From Gordius albopunctatus (Eukaryota): a DNA stretch of 64,000 nt. The notes under the pieces are model-generated. The model saw nothing but the letters and a program-made list of their open reading frames with translations. It made no database searches and was not told where the DNA came from. Numbering within the stretch: position 1 is the stretch's first letter; each line of letters opens with the position of its first letter. Location of the stretch: NCBI GenBank assembly GCA_964276515.1, contig OZ193909.1, positions 21,328,001 through 21,392,000 of the forward strand, given 5' to 3'. Shown piece after piece: positions 41,770 to 54,315 of the stretch. A program made the translations under genes and the position numbers.

Positions 41770-43149
41770 TGCTCACACTACTAATACACAGAAACTTATG
41801 GAAAATTTACAATTTTAAATAATTTGGCTATATTTTAATTTGATGCTTGCTTTTTGTAGCTCATTATATTACGTTTTGTTTGATAAAATGTTTATCATAT
41901 CTCACCCTACTAAACTAACACGTAGAAAAATTAAACATTATTAAATTCTTCGAAATTGTTATCAACAGCTCTTCTTATATATTTAGAAAGTTTTCGTATA
42001 AATTAAAATTGATTTCATCTTTCGCTGCAAGTTATACTAAAACTTTGTTGAATACGTGTGAAAATTGATGAAAAAACTAAAAAAATAAAATGTACAATGT
42101 TATGTAACTAGAGCCCTGCAAAATGGAATTTCTTCGCCCTGAGCCCGGCCCAACACTTTTTATTTTATTTTGCCTCAGCCTGACCCGAGATTTTTTTACT
42201 CGGGGGTCAGGCCTGACCCTAGCCTGGTCCAACTTTTTTGAAATGTAAATTTATAAAAAAAAATTCAGAATACTCACCCGCACCTTTTAACATAAAAATA
42301 AGTAAAAAATGTTTAAAAATTTTTTAGCTAGATTTTTGCTTCGGAATTCAGGTTGAGTTAGCCCATCAGACCGAGCCGACGCCGATTAATTTTAATTTTC
42401 GGCCCGAACCCAGCCCGACTGGAAGATTGAATTGGTGGTTAATTAATCAATTAAGCACCCCGGTGACTTGTGAGTCGCCTGCCGAATGATTGCCTTCAAA
42501 AGCATTAGATTATGAGTCCAGCCGAAGTTTGTTAAGCTTAGACACTTCGAAATTTCAAACCATAAATCACACTATACATTTGTTTTGCTATTTATATATT
42601 TTTTTGTGAGATAAAGATAGTTTATTGATATATATGTAAACGTAATATAAAATACTACAATTATATAAAAATAAAAGTGATATAAAAAATTATATGGGTA
42701 ATATGTCTTCATCTCCCCCTTTTAGAAGAGGCCAGGAATTCGAAAAAGCTTTGAACCTAAATTTTGTGATTAAAATTGCTATTGATTGTTTTAATAAAAA
42801 TCAGCGGGGGGATATTTCACATTATAAAGGTAGGGTTGGCAATGAATTTTAATTCATGAATTTTCTGTGCGATTTCGCAATGCATTAAAATATATGAGCA
42901 AAAGCTTTATTATAAAAATATTTTATGGCTAAAATAATTGAAAAATGGATCGAGTAAATATTTTGGGACATAATATGGGGTGGGTCATACTAATAAAATC
43001 CTTTACTTTTTGAAAATAAAAGTATTTGCTATAAAATTAGATATGTGCAATTTATTGAAAATTTCAAAACTCTTATGTTCTTATTCCACCATTTTAATTT
43101 CTATGCAATTTATGGTTTATTGGTATTTTTACAAAGTTTTAATTAGTGA

Positions 43150-43530
43150 AACTGAAAAAGAAACCCAAAAAATAATAAATTCCGGATGGTTTAAATGAGA
43201 GATTTTACATGCGATTTGTGTGACAGAAAAATTCCAACAAGACTCAAAGGTACACTGGGTCCATCATACAACCAACAGTCGTGTATAGATCGGAATCATG
43301 GGCTAAGGTAAGAGCAACGCCTGGCGTCCATAGAGATGAGAATGATAAGGAGGATGTTTTGAGTAAGCAAAAAAAACATAAGCAACGAAGAAAGAAAAAT
43401 CTGGGTACAACATCTCTGAGGACAAAGCTGGTAACAAATAGACTAAGACGGGTTGGTCATGTAGAGAGAAGGGACGATAGAAACGTCGGAATGAATATCG
43501 AGAAAATAAAGAGGAAGAAGACACATTAGG
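43150..43530 (+). mobile_element. Degenerate RTE 3' fragment related to the 50942-54315 element
   Basis: INSGWFK, YRSESWA and LVTNRLRRVGHVERRDD align with 53770-54160. Confidence 0.8.
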
Positions 43531-44745
43531 CGGTTTAATAAAATGTAAAAGGATTGAGATATTTATATTTGCACCCGAGACGGGAAAGAATTTTGCTTTC
43601 AAGACCGAGACGAGATTGAGACATTAAATATTGGAGGTTTTGCATTCAGCAAAGGTATGCGGCAGCTGGTCTTTATGTGCCTTGACTATGCTTAAATAAC
43701 AGTTTTTAAAATGAGGGTTGTGACTAAAGTTACAAAATATATTGCATACATGAGCATAGCTAGCATTGAAATTAGAGGGGGGCAATTGATTTAGGGAGGG
43801 GAAAAATGATTATTTTTTGAAATTTTAGCCATCATTTTAATGAATTTCAGCAAATTTTTTGGTTTAGAGGGGGCAGCCGCCCCTTCCTGCCTATCCCCCA
43901 GCTATGCCCATGATTGCATCATATAATTTTTATCAAATAAATTGCCATTATTAATTATATGCCTATACTATCAAAATATTAAAACCTTTTTGTTAACAAC
44001 AACTCCAAATCCAATACAAATTATATGCCTACGCATCTTATTTTGTATTTAATTTGTTTGAGTTTGCAAATTTCCAAAAGCCAAACCAATTTCAACAAAT
44101 TATTTTTTCTTATGTCCTGCAAAAAATTCTGATTTTTTAAAGACCTAGTGACCCCAATTTAAAATAACCATGATATGTTTTTAATAAATGATATTTTTTA
44201 AAACCATAGCAATTGATTTTTATCATTTTGTTCATTGGGTCAATTTTATATCATTACTTAGAATGCTCCAACTATATCTCAATTCTTTAAAGACTTTGGT
44301 TCATAGGGAACTAACCAAAGCGGGGATTGTAAATATAAATTTAATGAAAAATCCATGATGCACATATTCCATTTTTAAAGCTTTTTACACTCCTAATGGA
44401 TCAGTCAAATTGACATTAAAATAATCCCTCAGATTTAATTTACTTCAAAAGCAAAGAATTGAAAAGGTCAATTTTTTAGTATAGTAATTGATATTTTCCT
44501 CAAGCAAAATTGAATTGCAGTTTCAGAACGAGATTTAACTGAAATTTTTTACGTGTAACATACTAATAAATGCAAATCAAATATTTGTTTGTAGTAAATT
44601 AACTCAAACAATAAATCCAAAATTACACGGATCTATTCACCTTGAATCAACCTTAAGATTTATCGATCAGTAGATATGAACACTTTTTTTACTAATACAC
44701 ATTGTTGAAAAACGAATAAATCAATAACTTTATTTTGCTTACGAA

Positions 44746-45292
44746 ATGTTTTGTCAATTCTCGGGAGGTGAAATATATAAAAATTGTTTTAAACCAGGTA
44801 ATTAATATATTTAAAATTTCATATATTGCGATAAGGCTTGGTGGCCAAGTGGTAAGGCGTTGGTCTCGTAAACCAAAGATCGGGGGTTCGATCCCCCCTC
44901 AAGCCTTTATTTTTTGCACATCATATAATTTTTTTTCTAGGAATCTACACTTGTTCAAAATGTGGATATGAATTATTTTCAAGCAAATCAAAATACAAAC
45001 ATCCTTCACCTTGGCCAGCCTTCACTGAAACTGTGCATGAAGACAGTGTTCAAAAACAACCTGAATCAAAAACTGTATTTAAAGTATGAATAATAATTTG
45101 ATTAGCTTAATATAATATTTGTTAATATGCAAAAAGTTGTTAAATAATTGTTTATGCCCATTTTTTTCCAAGGTATCATGTGGAAAATGTGGGAATGGTC
45201 TTGGCCATGAATTTATCAAAGATGGCCCTAATGGAAAATCTAGATTTTGAATTTTTAGTCATTCATTAAAATTCATAGATGATAATCTATAA
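44746..45292 (+). CDS. MSRB1: Selenoprotein methionine-R-sulfoxide reductase B1 (SelR/SEPX1), 3 exons (44746-44797, 44941-45083, 45173-45292), 104 aa, Sec91 encoded by TGA 45248-45250
   Basis: Spliced translation [104 protein letters not shown]. It has two CxxC zinc motifs, SPWPAF and the SRFUIFS active-site motif of MsrB1. Introns are GT-AG, and a SECIS follows. Confidence 0.96.
44835..44906 (+). tRNA. trnT-CGT: tRNA-Thr(CGT), inside MsrB1 intron 1
   Basis: Full cloverleaf: acceptor GGCTTGG/TCAAGCC, D arm with TGGCCAAGTGG, anticodon stem TTGGT/ACCAA with loop CTCGTAA, T arm GGGGG-TTCGATC-CCCCC. No encoded CCA; followed by a T6 Pol III terminator at 44910-44915. Confidence 0.96.
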
Positions 45293-45307
45293 CAGTACTT
45301 GATGAAC

Positions 45308-45385
45308 AATATGATTAATGTTTATGATTTTATGGGCTAAAAGTTTTATGAACATGCCTATAAATGATACATTTCAAGTTATATT
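45308..45385 (+). promoter_or_regulatory. Eukaryotic SECIS element (form 2) in the MsrB1 3' UTR
   Basis: ATGA at 45324-45327 and GA at 45366-45367 form the core. Helix II is tttatgggc (45329-45337) with gcctataaa (45356-45364). Unpaired AAAA (45339-45342) lies 11 nt after the core, with an apical mini-stem gtt/aac and lower helices aatgt/acatt and aatatgat/gttatatt. Confidence 0.92.
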
Positions 45386-45989
45386 TATCATAATATTTAT
45401 TTTGCTTTTATGACAAATATACACCCTTATATTTTTAATCTAAATTTATTTATATATATTCAGTAATTTATAATTTAATAACTGTTATACATATTATTAA
45501 TTTAATAGACTTATGCCTTGAAGAATGCTATATTAAAAATTTAATTAGTTCATTTATGTGACAAAATAAGAGTTTACAAGTTATGGGTCTATGCAGCAAA
45601 TTGAATCAAAATATGATTCTTGAAAGATTTAATTAATTCATGTAGTTATTCGCTACAAATTCTAATCATAAATTGCATATGTTAACGAAAAAATAAAAGA
45701 TTTTGCTAATTTATTGATATTAGATCAGGTATTTAAAATAGTTAAAGATGCTTTAAATTCTATGTGTTTTATATATTTGCAAATAAAAATATCTGTTAAC
45801 ATTAAAATTTTTATTTAGATAACACTTCAAACAACAATTTATGATTCGAAATCTTTTTTTTTTAAACTGCAAATAAAAAGTTTGGTTTTTAAGTACAACA
45901 TTGTTTACCTCAGAATCTATCAGCACAATATCTCTTAATTCTCCTATATAGAGATATCATATACATATAACTATAGTCTATTTAGAGAC

Positions 45990-47620
45990 CAGAATGCCCA
46001 CCCAGTCCGCTGCATGAACCTATCGGCTGGGCCCACCGGCTGGGCTGGGCAACTATCGTAAATTTTTATTTTCCGGCGGACACGATGATAAGATTCAGGT
46101 GATTCGGATTTAATGAGATTTTTTATATAGTATACTATTTTTTTATTTAATTGTATAAGGAAAATGGTAAAAAAGTTGATAAACTTGATTTTGCCACCCG
46201 TCCCCAAGTTATTTTTATAATTTTTGCCCCAACACTTCTATTTGCATCAAGTCCCTAGCTGCCTTCTTTAATATTTATGTGTCCTTTGATTGTTTGCAAT
46301 TCACATCTGCTTTCACACAATACATGCAAGTCTTAATTTCGTTTCGGTTCAAAAAAAAGCTCTCCAAAAAACTGATCAGAAAAAAAGCTAATAAAAAAAA
46401 TCTAGACCTTAAAGTGTACTTGATGTCTTATGAGGGAGGGGAGGAGTATGTCGCATAGCAAATTTGAAAATAAAATTTAAATATTGAATATATAAAAATG
46501 GGTTAGATATTGAAAAATAGGATTTTTAAAAATAAGATCTAATAATAATTAGATTTATTAATAAGATATCTAAAAATAGTATACATATTCAAAAATGGTA
46601 TAAAAAATGGGATATTCAAAAATGGTAGGAAAACTTCCGTTAGAAGGTTAAATCTACATTGCGAAAGAATCTTAAATCTATGGATTAATCTAAATTGCGG
46701 CAGAATACGTTTAAATTTTCAATTAGATATTCTAGACTATAAGTCGAAATTGCCAAATATTCCTAAATATACATTAGATTGTATGCGCACTATACGTCGA
46801 AATTGCCAAATGTTCCTATTGATTTTTTAGCTTTTTTTCTGATCAGCTTTTTTTGAATAAGAATCGTTAATTTCATTTAATTTCTTCAACAAATCAAATT
46901 CAATTTAACAATGCTTCCCTATTTCTTTATCACTCGTCGCTATCGCTAAGATATTTCTTATTTTAAAGTAATTAATTTACATACCTTTATTTTTTGCTTA
47001 AAAAATTTTTTGCTCCATAAATTACATTTAAGTTCTATTGATAAATTATAGGTTTTTATCAAACAAGTAAGTATTAACAGAGCGCAGAATTTGACTAAAT
47101 TTATTAATAAGATTATTTATAGGGTAGGGCATAAAGGGGATTACTCATGAGGGAAGTTTCATTTGTTTATTGTAAGATTAATTATAAAATATGCATATTT
47201 TAAACTTAATCAAAAATTGCTACATAAATAGTTTTGTGGACATAGGCTGCTGCATCAATTAATGTTTTGCTGTTGAATTGTTTGTAAACATTGTAAAATG
47301 TTTGTGCCTAAATGCGTTAGCAATGAATCTATTTATTGTGACCTTAGCGGTTTTGCCAGTTAGCACATCATTCGACTTTTAAATAATACAGGAAATTTGA
47401 TTTTGTCCTTGATAATAAAATATTTATATATATGTTAATCGAAATGGCATTAATTTAATGTTTATTTTTTAGTAATGGTTGAAAGAATTGGGATCGCATA
47501 AATTGAGGCCTAACGGACAAACATAGTATTTTAGTCTGGGCATTTCTAATGATTCTGGCGGACACTTCGAAGGGTCAAAAATTGAACCGGCCGGGTTCGG
47601 GCAGAAATTTCTAAACTGCC
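45990..47620. mobile_element. Non-autonomous DNA-transposon-like repeat with GC-rich (cggg/gccc) ends; empty paralog of the element hosting the tRNA-RTE insertion
   Basis: About 46960-47615 is clearly homologous to 50740-50873 joined to 54314-54700. Boundaries are approximate. Confidence 0.6.
46345..46866. mobile_element. 522-bp MITE-like insertion with a long TSD (Mutator-like?)
   Basis: Inverted blocks ttcaaaaaaaagc...ctgatcagaaaaaaagcta / tagctttttttctgatcagctttttttgaa, flanked by ttaatttcgttt (46333-46344) and ttaatttcattt (46867-46878). Confidence 0.65.
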
Positions 47621-49002
47621 TCTCATCTCTTTCTACCCTTTTCCACTCTCAGAATCTTAGTGATATCAAGTGCACACTTTTTAGTGTTGCGCTCATATAT
47701 AAGTGGACTAATTTAAAAAGTAACTTTGCAAAAATGTTAGGCCCTTCATTTCTTTCCAAACTATCTCCATTTCTAAAATAGAGGTGGAATATTATAATAC
47801 AGGCCAAACTGTTTGACCTCGAAGTGATCATCGTTTGCTTCCTACGTCCTACATTTGAACTTGCCTTAAAATCTTTTCCATAAACTTGAATTTAATCACA
47901 AATTAATTAATATTCCTCATAACCGACTTTATCAAAGCAAATATAGTTGGTATTGACAAAATTAAAAAACTTGATGAAAATTATTACTTTAGTCGAGCTT
48001 GTTTAGATTTTAACATGAATGGTTTGAACTGGAGATCTGGACGGCTTGGATCGCGGGTCAAACACTTTGTGAAAACAATTTGCGGGCTGGGCTTAAACAA
48101 GCTTTAAGCTAACAAGTGGGCTCGTGTTGAGTCTAGGTATAAAGACCGGCTGACACCGAAAAATTATATAATAATATTTTTATTTTTACATTCAATGTAT
48201 CGAAAATAATGTGTTTTATATAGTGATGAGGGAAAACCGATCGGTCTCGTCTTTTCTTTCAAAAAATCAACCCGAGATCGAGACGAGAATTTAAGGTCAA
48301 AACGAGAAGATACTAGATTTTTTGACGAGATCTCTGTTTAAATTAGTTTATTGATCATAAAATTTTAGTAAATTCAATTGAGTATCTTTATTTAGTATGA
48401 CTCACATTTAGGTATTAAATGACAATTAACATAATTGGAATATATTGAATATTAAAAAAAACGCCGGTGTTATGAATATATTATATTTTTGCAAAAAATC
48501 TAAATTTCGGTAATTTGTGTTTATTTTCACCCAAGTATCAGTAGTCCTTAGGGTATGTGAATAATTGAATAAATTTTTATTACATATTTTTATCCATAGC
48601 ATAATTATATTTAACAAAATTTTAATAAAAAAAGATTTCTAATGGAGTCATTGGCGTAGGGAGCGGGTGGTTTTCGGACTAGAACCCCCCCCCCCCCCAC
48701 TGATGATTTTTAAAAATATTTTTACACAAATATTACTCATGATTATAAATTATTTTGGAAGTGTTATTCAGTTTTGCGTTGCGTTTATTTTCATTTTTTT
48801 ATGTTCAAAATTTATAAATTTTAATTTTATTCGAATTTAGATTTTAGATAAATAGCTCCCATCCCATCTCATTTCAGAAATTTTAATATGAAACGATATT
48901 CCATTCATAACAACTGACCTAAAAAAATTAACTTTTCAAAGGAGAAGTATACTAATACAAGTCAAACAATTAGTAGGCAAGGTAATTTACAAATTGTTTT
49001 AA

Positions 49003-50380
49003 TTTTTTTTTTTTTTTTTGTTAAAAAGTTTATTTTCAAGAAACAAAGTTACATTAATAAGTGAAATACAAAAATAAAGACATATTGGTTAAATACAAAG
49101 ATTTATATCATTCTCTTCTAAAATGGGCCATGAGTCGGCAAAGGATTTAAAGTTGTATCGTGCAACAAGAATCCCTAGTTGTTGCCTGAGTAAAAAGGAC
49201 GCAGAAATTTTAGATTTCGGGGTGCGTTTTCCGATTTCTTTAAAAAACCCCATTGCCTGTTTGCCAAAGGAACCGGAGCACGTGGCAACGACAGGGATAA
49301 AAATATTGGATGCCAAAAGGGCAGAATACTTTGTAGTTTTACGCCCTTCTTCTGTAGCGATAGGGTCGTAATTAAAATGGGAAGGGGCAAATAGGTCAAT
49401 ACAAGTAAAATCCCATTTGAGGGATAGGCCATTTTGCCATGGGACTAGAGAAGAGCCGTCAGGGCGCATCCTACCTTCAAGGGAGGGATCTGACGGCTCA
49501 AGGATTGAGGGGATTTTGGCCTTTTTAAGGGCAGCTTGAATTAATAAATTAGCCTTAGTGTGCCTAACGTATTTATATTTGTTTGCTAGGCAGTGTAGAG
49601 GGTGCCTAGCATATTCGTCTACAACGGTAAGGCAGTTTTGACAGTTGAATTCTCTGCTGTAACTAATCCCCAACCTTAAAGCTATGGAATATGATAGCTC
49701 AAAGTCTTCAAGCAGCATTCCCAAAAGTTTGCTGGGATAGGCTTCAAGCCACTCGTGACCGGAAGCGTCAAAAGCGAGGGACCTAAGGTTGTAATGCTGG
49801 CTATCATCGCTGCTCGATAAGAGGTAATCAACGGAGCGCGACACTAGTCCAGAATCCCAATCCTTTTGTCTCGTACTTTGAGGTTGGATGGTCTCGGGTG
49901 TGACATTCAAATTCCAAAGCTCCAAGGCTTGAGTTAGCAGGGAGTCGGAATCATGTTTTATGAGATTAAAAATTAAGTCTTGGACCGACTTAAAAGAGGA
50001 AATAAAAGCGGCTAGCGATATGCTGCCGGGAGGGCGAATTCCTAATCCTCCAGATTTGGTTGGGAGGGATGCTTGAATCCAATTGTTAGTATTAAATTTT
50101 AAATTTTTTCTAATAACGTTTTTAAAAAGCCTTCGTACGACTCTAAAACGTCTGGGTGTAAAAATGCGCCAGATGAGCGAAAACAATGATTAATCTTTGA
50201 GATGTTAAAATAGTTTTTGATTATGTAAAATGAGTGATGCGCTGGCAAGCATTTTAAAAGTTCCGTTTTAGATTTTAAAATTTCAAGGTTCTTATGAAGA
50301 AAATTTAAGAGAGATTTTTCACCGCCAATGGGTGATCCCAAAAGAGATTCTACAGTCTTGCTCATCAAAATTTGATAATT
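49003..50380 (-). mobile_element. 5'-truncated CRE-like non-LTR retrotransposon, well-preserved copy with an A17 tail
   Basis: 365-aa ORF with GGLGIR, CQNC...HPLHC zinc knuckle, RH, RPDG and WDFTC restriction-like endonuclease motifs. The upstream frame contains LLGSPIG. T17 at 49003-49019. Confidence 0.9.
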
Positions 50381-50872
50381 TTAAGTCTGTAAAAGAAGCA
50401 AAAGAAAAAGATGAACAAACACGAACAATCAGTGATCAGGGTTATTTACTATTTGTTCAAACTCACATTTAGTTTTTTTAGAAAATGATAATACTCATTC
50501 TGTAAGAGGACAAGAAGACTTACTGGTTTAACGTTCTCTATGTACACGCATTTTTATTTACGGGCGGGCCCGGGCGGGTGGCACGAAGATAGGATTCGGG
50601 CAATTCGGGCTTAATAAGATTTTTTAAACAGTGTATTATTTTAGTTACTTTTTATTTTATTGCATATTAAAATGCTAAAAAGTTAAGAAACTTGATTTCG
50701 CCATCACAAAGTTTCTCCAATTAACCTAAGTTACTACTTATTTTCATGATAAAAAATTTGTATACCTTTCTTTTTTGCTTCAAGTTCAAAGAATTATCCA
50801 TAAATTGCATTTAAATTCTATTGATAAATTATTGTCTTTTTATCAAAAAGTAAGTTTTAACAGAGCACAGAT

Positions 50873-50941
50873 TAGTGTAATGGTTATCACGTGTGCTTGA
50901 CACGCACAAGGTCCCCAGTTCGATCCTGGGTGGAAACACCA
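50873..50941 (+). pseudogene. Retro-copied tRNA-Val (positions 8-76; anticodon GAC; encoded CCA) forming the head of the RTE insertion
   Basis: D arm GTGT/TCAC, anticodon stem TGTGC/GCACA with loop TTGACAC, T arm CCCAG-TTCGATC-CTGGG, 3' acceptor strand TGGAAAC-A-CCA. The 5' acceptor strand (expected GTTTCCA) is absent. Confidence 0.88.
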
Positions 50942-53900
50942 CTCAACCGAGCCAGAAATACCTTGTAGTGGTGGTTGAGCTTGTGTACTCTCGTGATCCA
51001 AGAAGCTATACCTTTGTTAGCCAAACACAATTTTTATGTTTGTTACTGGTGGAGTCACCCTATTGGCAAGGTTCTTGGTGAAGGGTCAGACTAAAATTTC
51101 TGGGCTTTTTAAGGGAGTACTTAGTGAAATGGAAGTGCTAGATTAAGCCTATCAATACGAGAGGTCTAAAGAAAAGTTTAATTCACCAAAATGACTGCAT
51201 CATAAAGAATAGTAGGAAGTCAAGCACCAAAATCTAACATAGTTCCGTCAGGCTTGGAAGGCCGGGATATCAATAATCCTTCATTCCATATAAACCAAAA
51301 TGTATACTACAACAAAGACGCAGAATGAAAACCATAGGGCGTCCACCTTAAGCGACGCGCGCATTCTTCGCCTGGAATGTGTGGGAAATAAACGAAGGCT
51401 ACCGCTCTCTCAACAAACGGAAGCGGTTAAAGACATTAGTTTGCGTAGGATAAAGTTCGGGTCATGGAATATTGGTACAATGACTAGCAAGAGCAGAGAA
51501 TTGGCAGACGTTCTAAGGAGGAGTCAAATCGATATCGCTTGTATACAAGAGACCAAATGGAAGGGCGAAAAGCAAAATACATAGGTGACGGATACAAATT
51601 ATATTTTTACGGTACAGAAACTCACCGGAATGGCATCGGTATAGTGCTATCGGAAGAATTTCAGGAAACTGTTGTCGACGTTAAAAGAATCAATGACAGA
51701 ATTATGGCGATACAGCTTTGTTATAAATCTACTACGATAAACGTTATATCAGCATACGCCCCTCAAAGTGGATGCTCTGAGACGAAAAAAGAGTCTTTTT
51801 GGAAGGAGCTTGAAGATGTTCTATCCCAATTCGGTAAAGAAGGAATAATAATTATCGGAGCGGACCTCAATTGTCACGTGGGAAAATCAAGGGGAGGATT
51901 TGAAAGAAATCACGGTGGTCGGGGTTACGGCCTAAGAAATGAAGGAGGTACGGAAATTCTAGAAATTGCTCAAGCTTTTGACCTAGCTATAGGAAATACC
52001 TTCTTCAAAAAGAGACAGGAACATCTTATAACGTACAAAAGCGGCAGCCGTACCACTCAGATAGATTTCTTTCTAGTCAACAGAGCGCACTTAAAGTATG
52101 TTCAAAATGTTAAGGTAATACCGAGTGAAATATTGGCCTGCCAACACAAGCTGTTGGTGATGGACTTTATATTAAAGGGCCTTAAAGGGCAGAAGGTACA
52201 AAGAGTAGCCGCTACTATACAATGGAGGAAACTAAAGGATAATATTCAACATTTTCAGGAACAAGTAATTAAACTTGCTGAATTTAAGGGAAATACTTCG
52301 TGTGAGGATCAATGGAATGATATAGCTGCCACAATGCGAAAAGCGGGACGACAAATACTAGGTGAAAGCAAGCCCACTAAAAGAATTCTCAAGGAGACAT
52401 GGTGGTTGAATGAAGAAGTGCAAAAATGTATCAATGAAAAGAAGAGATTGTACAAAGTTTGGTATAAAAGCAAGGATAGTAATGATAAGCAAGCTTACCA
52501 AGTAGCTAAAAGATCGGCTAAAAAATTCGTAGCGAAACCTAAAAACAAGGTGTACGACGATATAAATGTAAAACTAAACTCAAAGGAAGGAGAAAGATTT
52601 ATCTAAAAAATCGCAAAGTCAAGGGCCCGAAATTCTAAAGATTACCTAGAATGCCGGCTAATTAAGGGTCAAAAGGGAGAAATACTAACACACGACAGCC
52701 ATATACTACAAAGATGGTACGAGTATTATAGCGATTTATCAATTTAAAAGGGGCCCGTAGTCGAAGACACTAACGAGGAAAATACAATAGGAGAATTAAA
52801 CACAGCGGACTGGATCACGGAAACGGAAGTGAAAGTTGCTATGGGTAAACTAAAGTCAGGAAAAGCTCGGACCCGACAATATACCAATAGAGGGCTTCAA
52901 AGCGTTAGGCAATACTGGTGCACAATTCCTCGCCAACCTTTTCAACAATATCTTGAAAACGGGTAAAATGCCTGATGAGTGGAGGGATAGCTACATGATC
53001 CCGATATACAAGATGAAAGGGGTCATTCAGGATTGCAACAATTACAGAGGGATAAAGCTTATGAGTCACACTTTCAAGGTGTGGGAGAAAGTGATCGTAA
53101 AACGGCTTCGGAGTATGGTTCAAATTCGAGATAACCAATTCGGATTTATGCCAGAGAGGTCTACAGCAGACGCCCTAAACAGTGTTAGAAGATTAATGGA
53201 ACGGTTTAAAGAAAGGGAAGAGGATTTGCACATGTATTTTATCGATCTAGAAAAAGCGTTTGATAAAGTTGCTCGTAATTTAGTTTGGAAATGTTTTGAA
53301 GAAAACAATGTGCCAGAAGTATACGTGAGAGCAATAAAGGATATGTACAAGGGAAATAGAACGTATGTTAGAACAACGGTGGGGACTACAAAGGGCTTCG
53401 CCATTAATACTGGAGTCCATCAACGTTCAGCTCTTAGTCCCTTCCTATTCATAATGATAATGGATAATATTACCAAGGATTTGGGCGAGGAAGCTCCTTG
53501 GGCAATGATCTTTGCAGACGATATAATCCTCTGTGCCAAAAGCGAACAAGAATTGGCTAATACTGTAAATAGATGGGTAAATGCAATAGAAGAAAGTGGT
53601 CTCAGGGTAAATCGAAAGAAAACAGAATACATGAAGACAAAGTTTAAATCGGATGAAAACCAGCAAAGTGCAACCCTTACTTTAGGCGATTGGCAACTTA
53701 CAAGTGTGGATTCCTTCAAATATTTAGGATCAACACTTCAATCGGATGGTGGAATGGACAAAGAAATCCAAGCAAGGATAAATTCCGGATGGCTCAAGTG
53801 GAGGGACTTGACAGGTGTTCTGTGCGACAAAAACATCCCGAGAAGACTGAAAGGCGCACTGTATAAATCCATCATACAGCCAACAGTCCTGTATAGCTCG

Positions 53901-54315
53901 GAATCATGGGCTATACGTAAAAGAGACGAGCAACGTCTTGCGACCATGGAGATGAGAATGCTAAGATGGGTGCTAGGAGTAAGCAAAAAGGACCATAGGC
54001 GAAATGAAGAAATAAGAAGAATTTTGGGTACTACATCAATTGCAACAAAGTTCTTAACAAATAGACTAAGATGGTATGGCCATGTCGAAAGAAGGGACGA
54101 TAGCTACGTAGGAAAGAAAATCGAGATGATAAATTTCGCAGGAAAACGAAAGAGAGGAAGACCCAAGCTTACCTGGATTCATAAAATACGGCATGATATG
54201 AAAGTCCACAGGATAAAGAAAGAGCTATGTAAACATAGAAACAAATGGAAACGAATGCTGAAAGGACTGACCACCAGCCTAGGTGACAAGCAGTCATAGA
54301 AAGAAGAAGAAGAAG
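50942..54315 (+). mobile_element. Near full-length RTE-clade LINE (APE endonuclease plus RT) with a few inactivating lesions
   Basis: RTE-type 5' leader (ccttgtagtggtgg...gaagctat...ggtgaagggtcagac). APE motifs SWNIGTM, CIQETKW, GADLNCHVG, QIDFFLV and QHKLLV; RT motifs FIDLEKAFD, ALSPFLF, FADD and FKYLGS; C-terminal RLRWYGHV and RKRGRPK; (AAG)5 tail at 54301-54315. There is a frameshift near 51570, a stop at 52604-52606 and further indels before 52953. Confidence 0.95.

Noticed and set aside
44735..44971. 78-aa ORF in the ORF track
   Set aside because: It reads out of frame through MsrB1 exon 1, the intron and the tRNA-Thr gene; spurious.
50866..50941. A functional tRNA-Val(GAC) gene
   Set aside because: The 5' acceptor strand is missing, CCA is encoded, no T-run terminator follows directly, and the sequence lies inside a retro-insertion. 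A retrocopy explains it better.
51560..52606. Programmed frameshift near 51570 and stop read-through at 52604 in the RTE
   Set aside because: The shift is a single missing A in an A run within the conserved KGEKAKYIG segment, and further indels follow the stop. Ordinary decay or sequencing error is sufficient.
52905..53986. Several minus-strand ORFs, and similar ones at 1304-1561, 15018-15266, 49123-49371 and 60267-60743
   Set aside because: They are antisense shadows of real coding or transposon frames, with no independent motifs.
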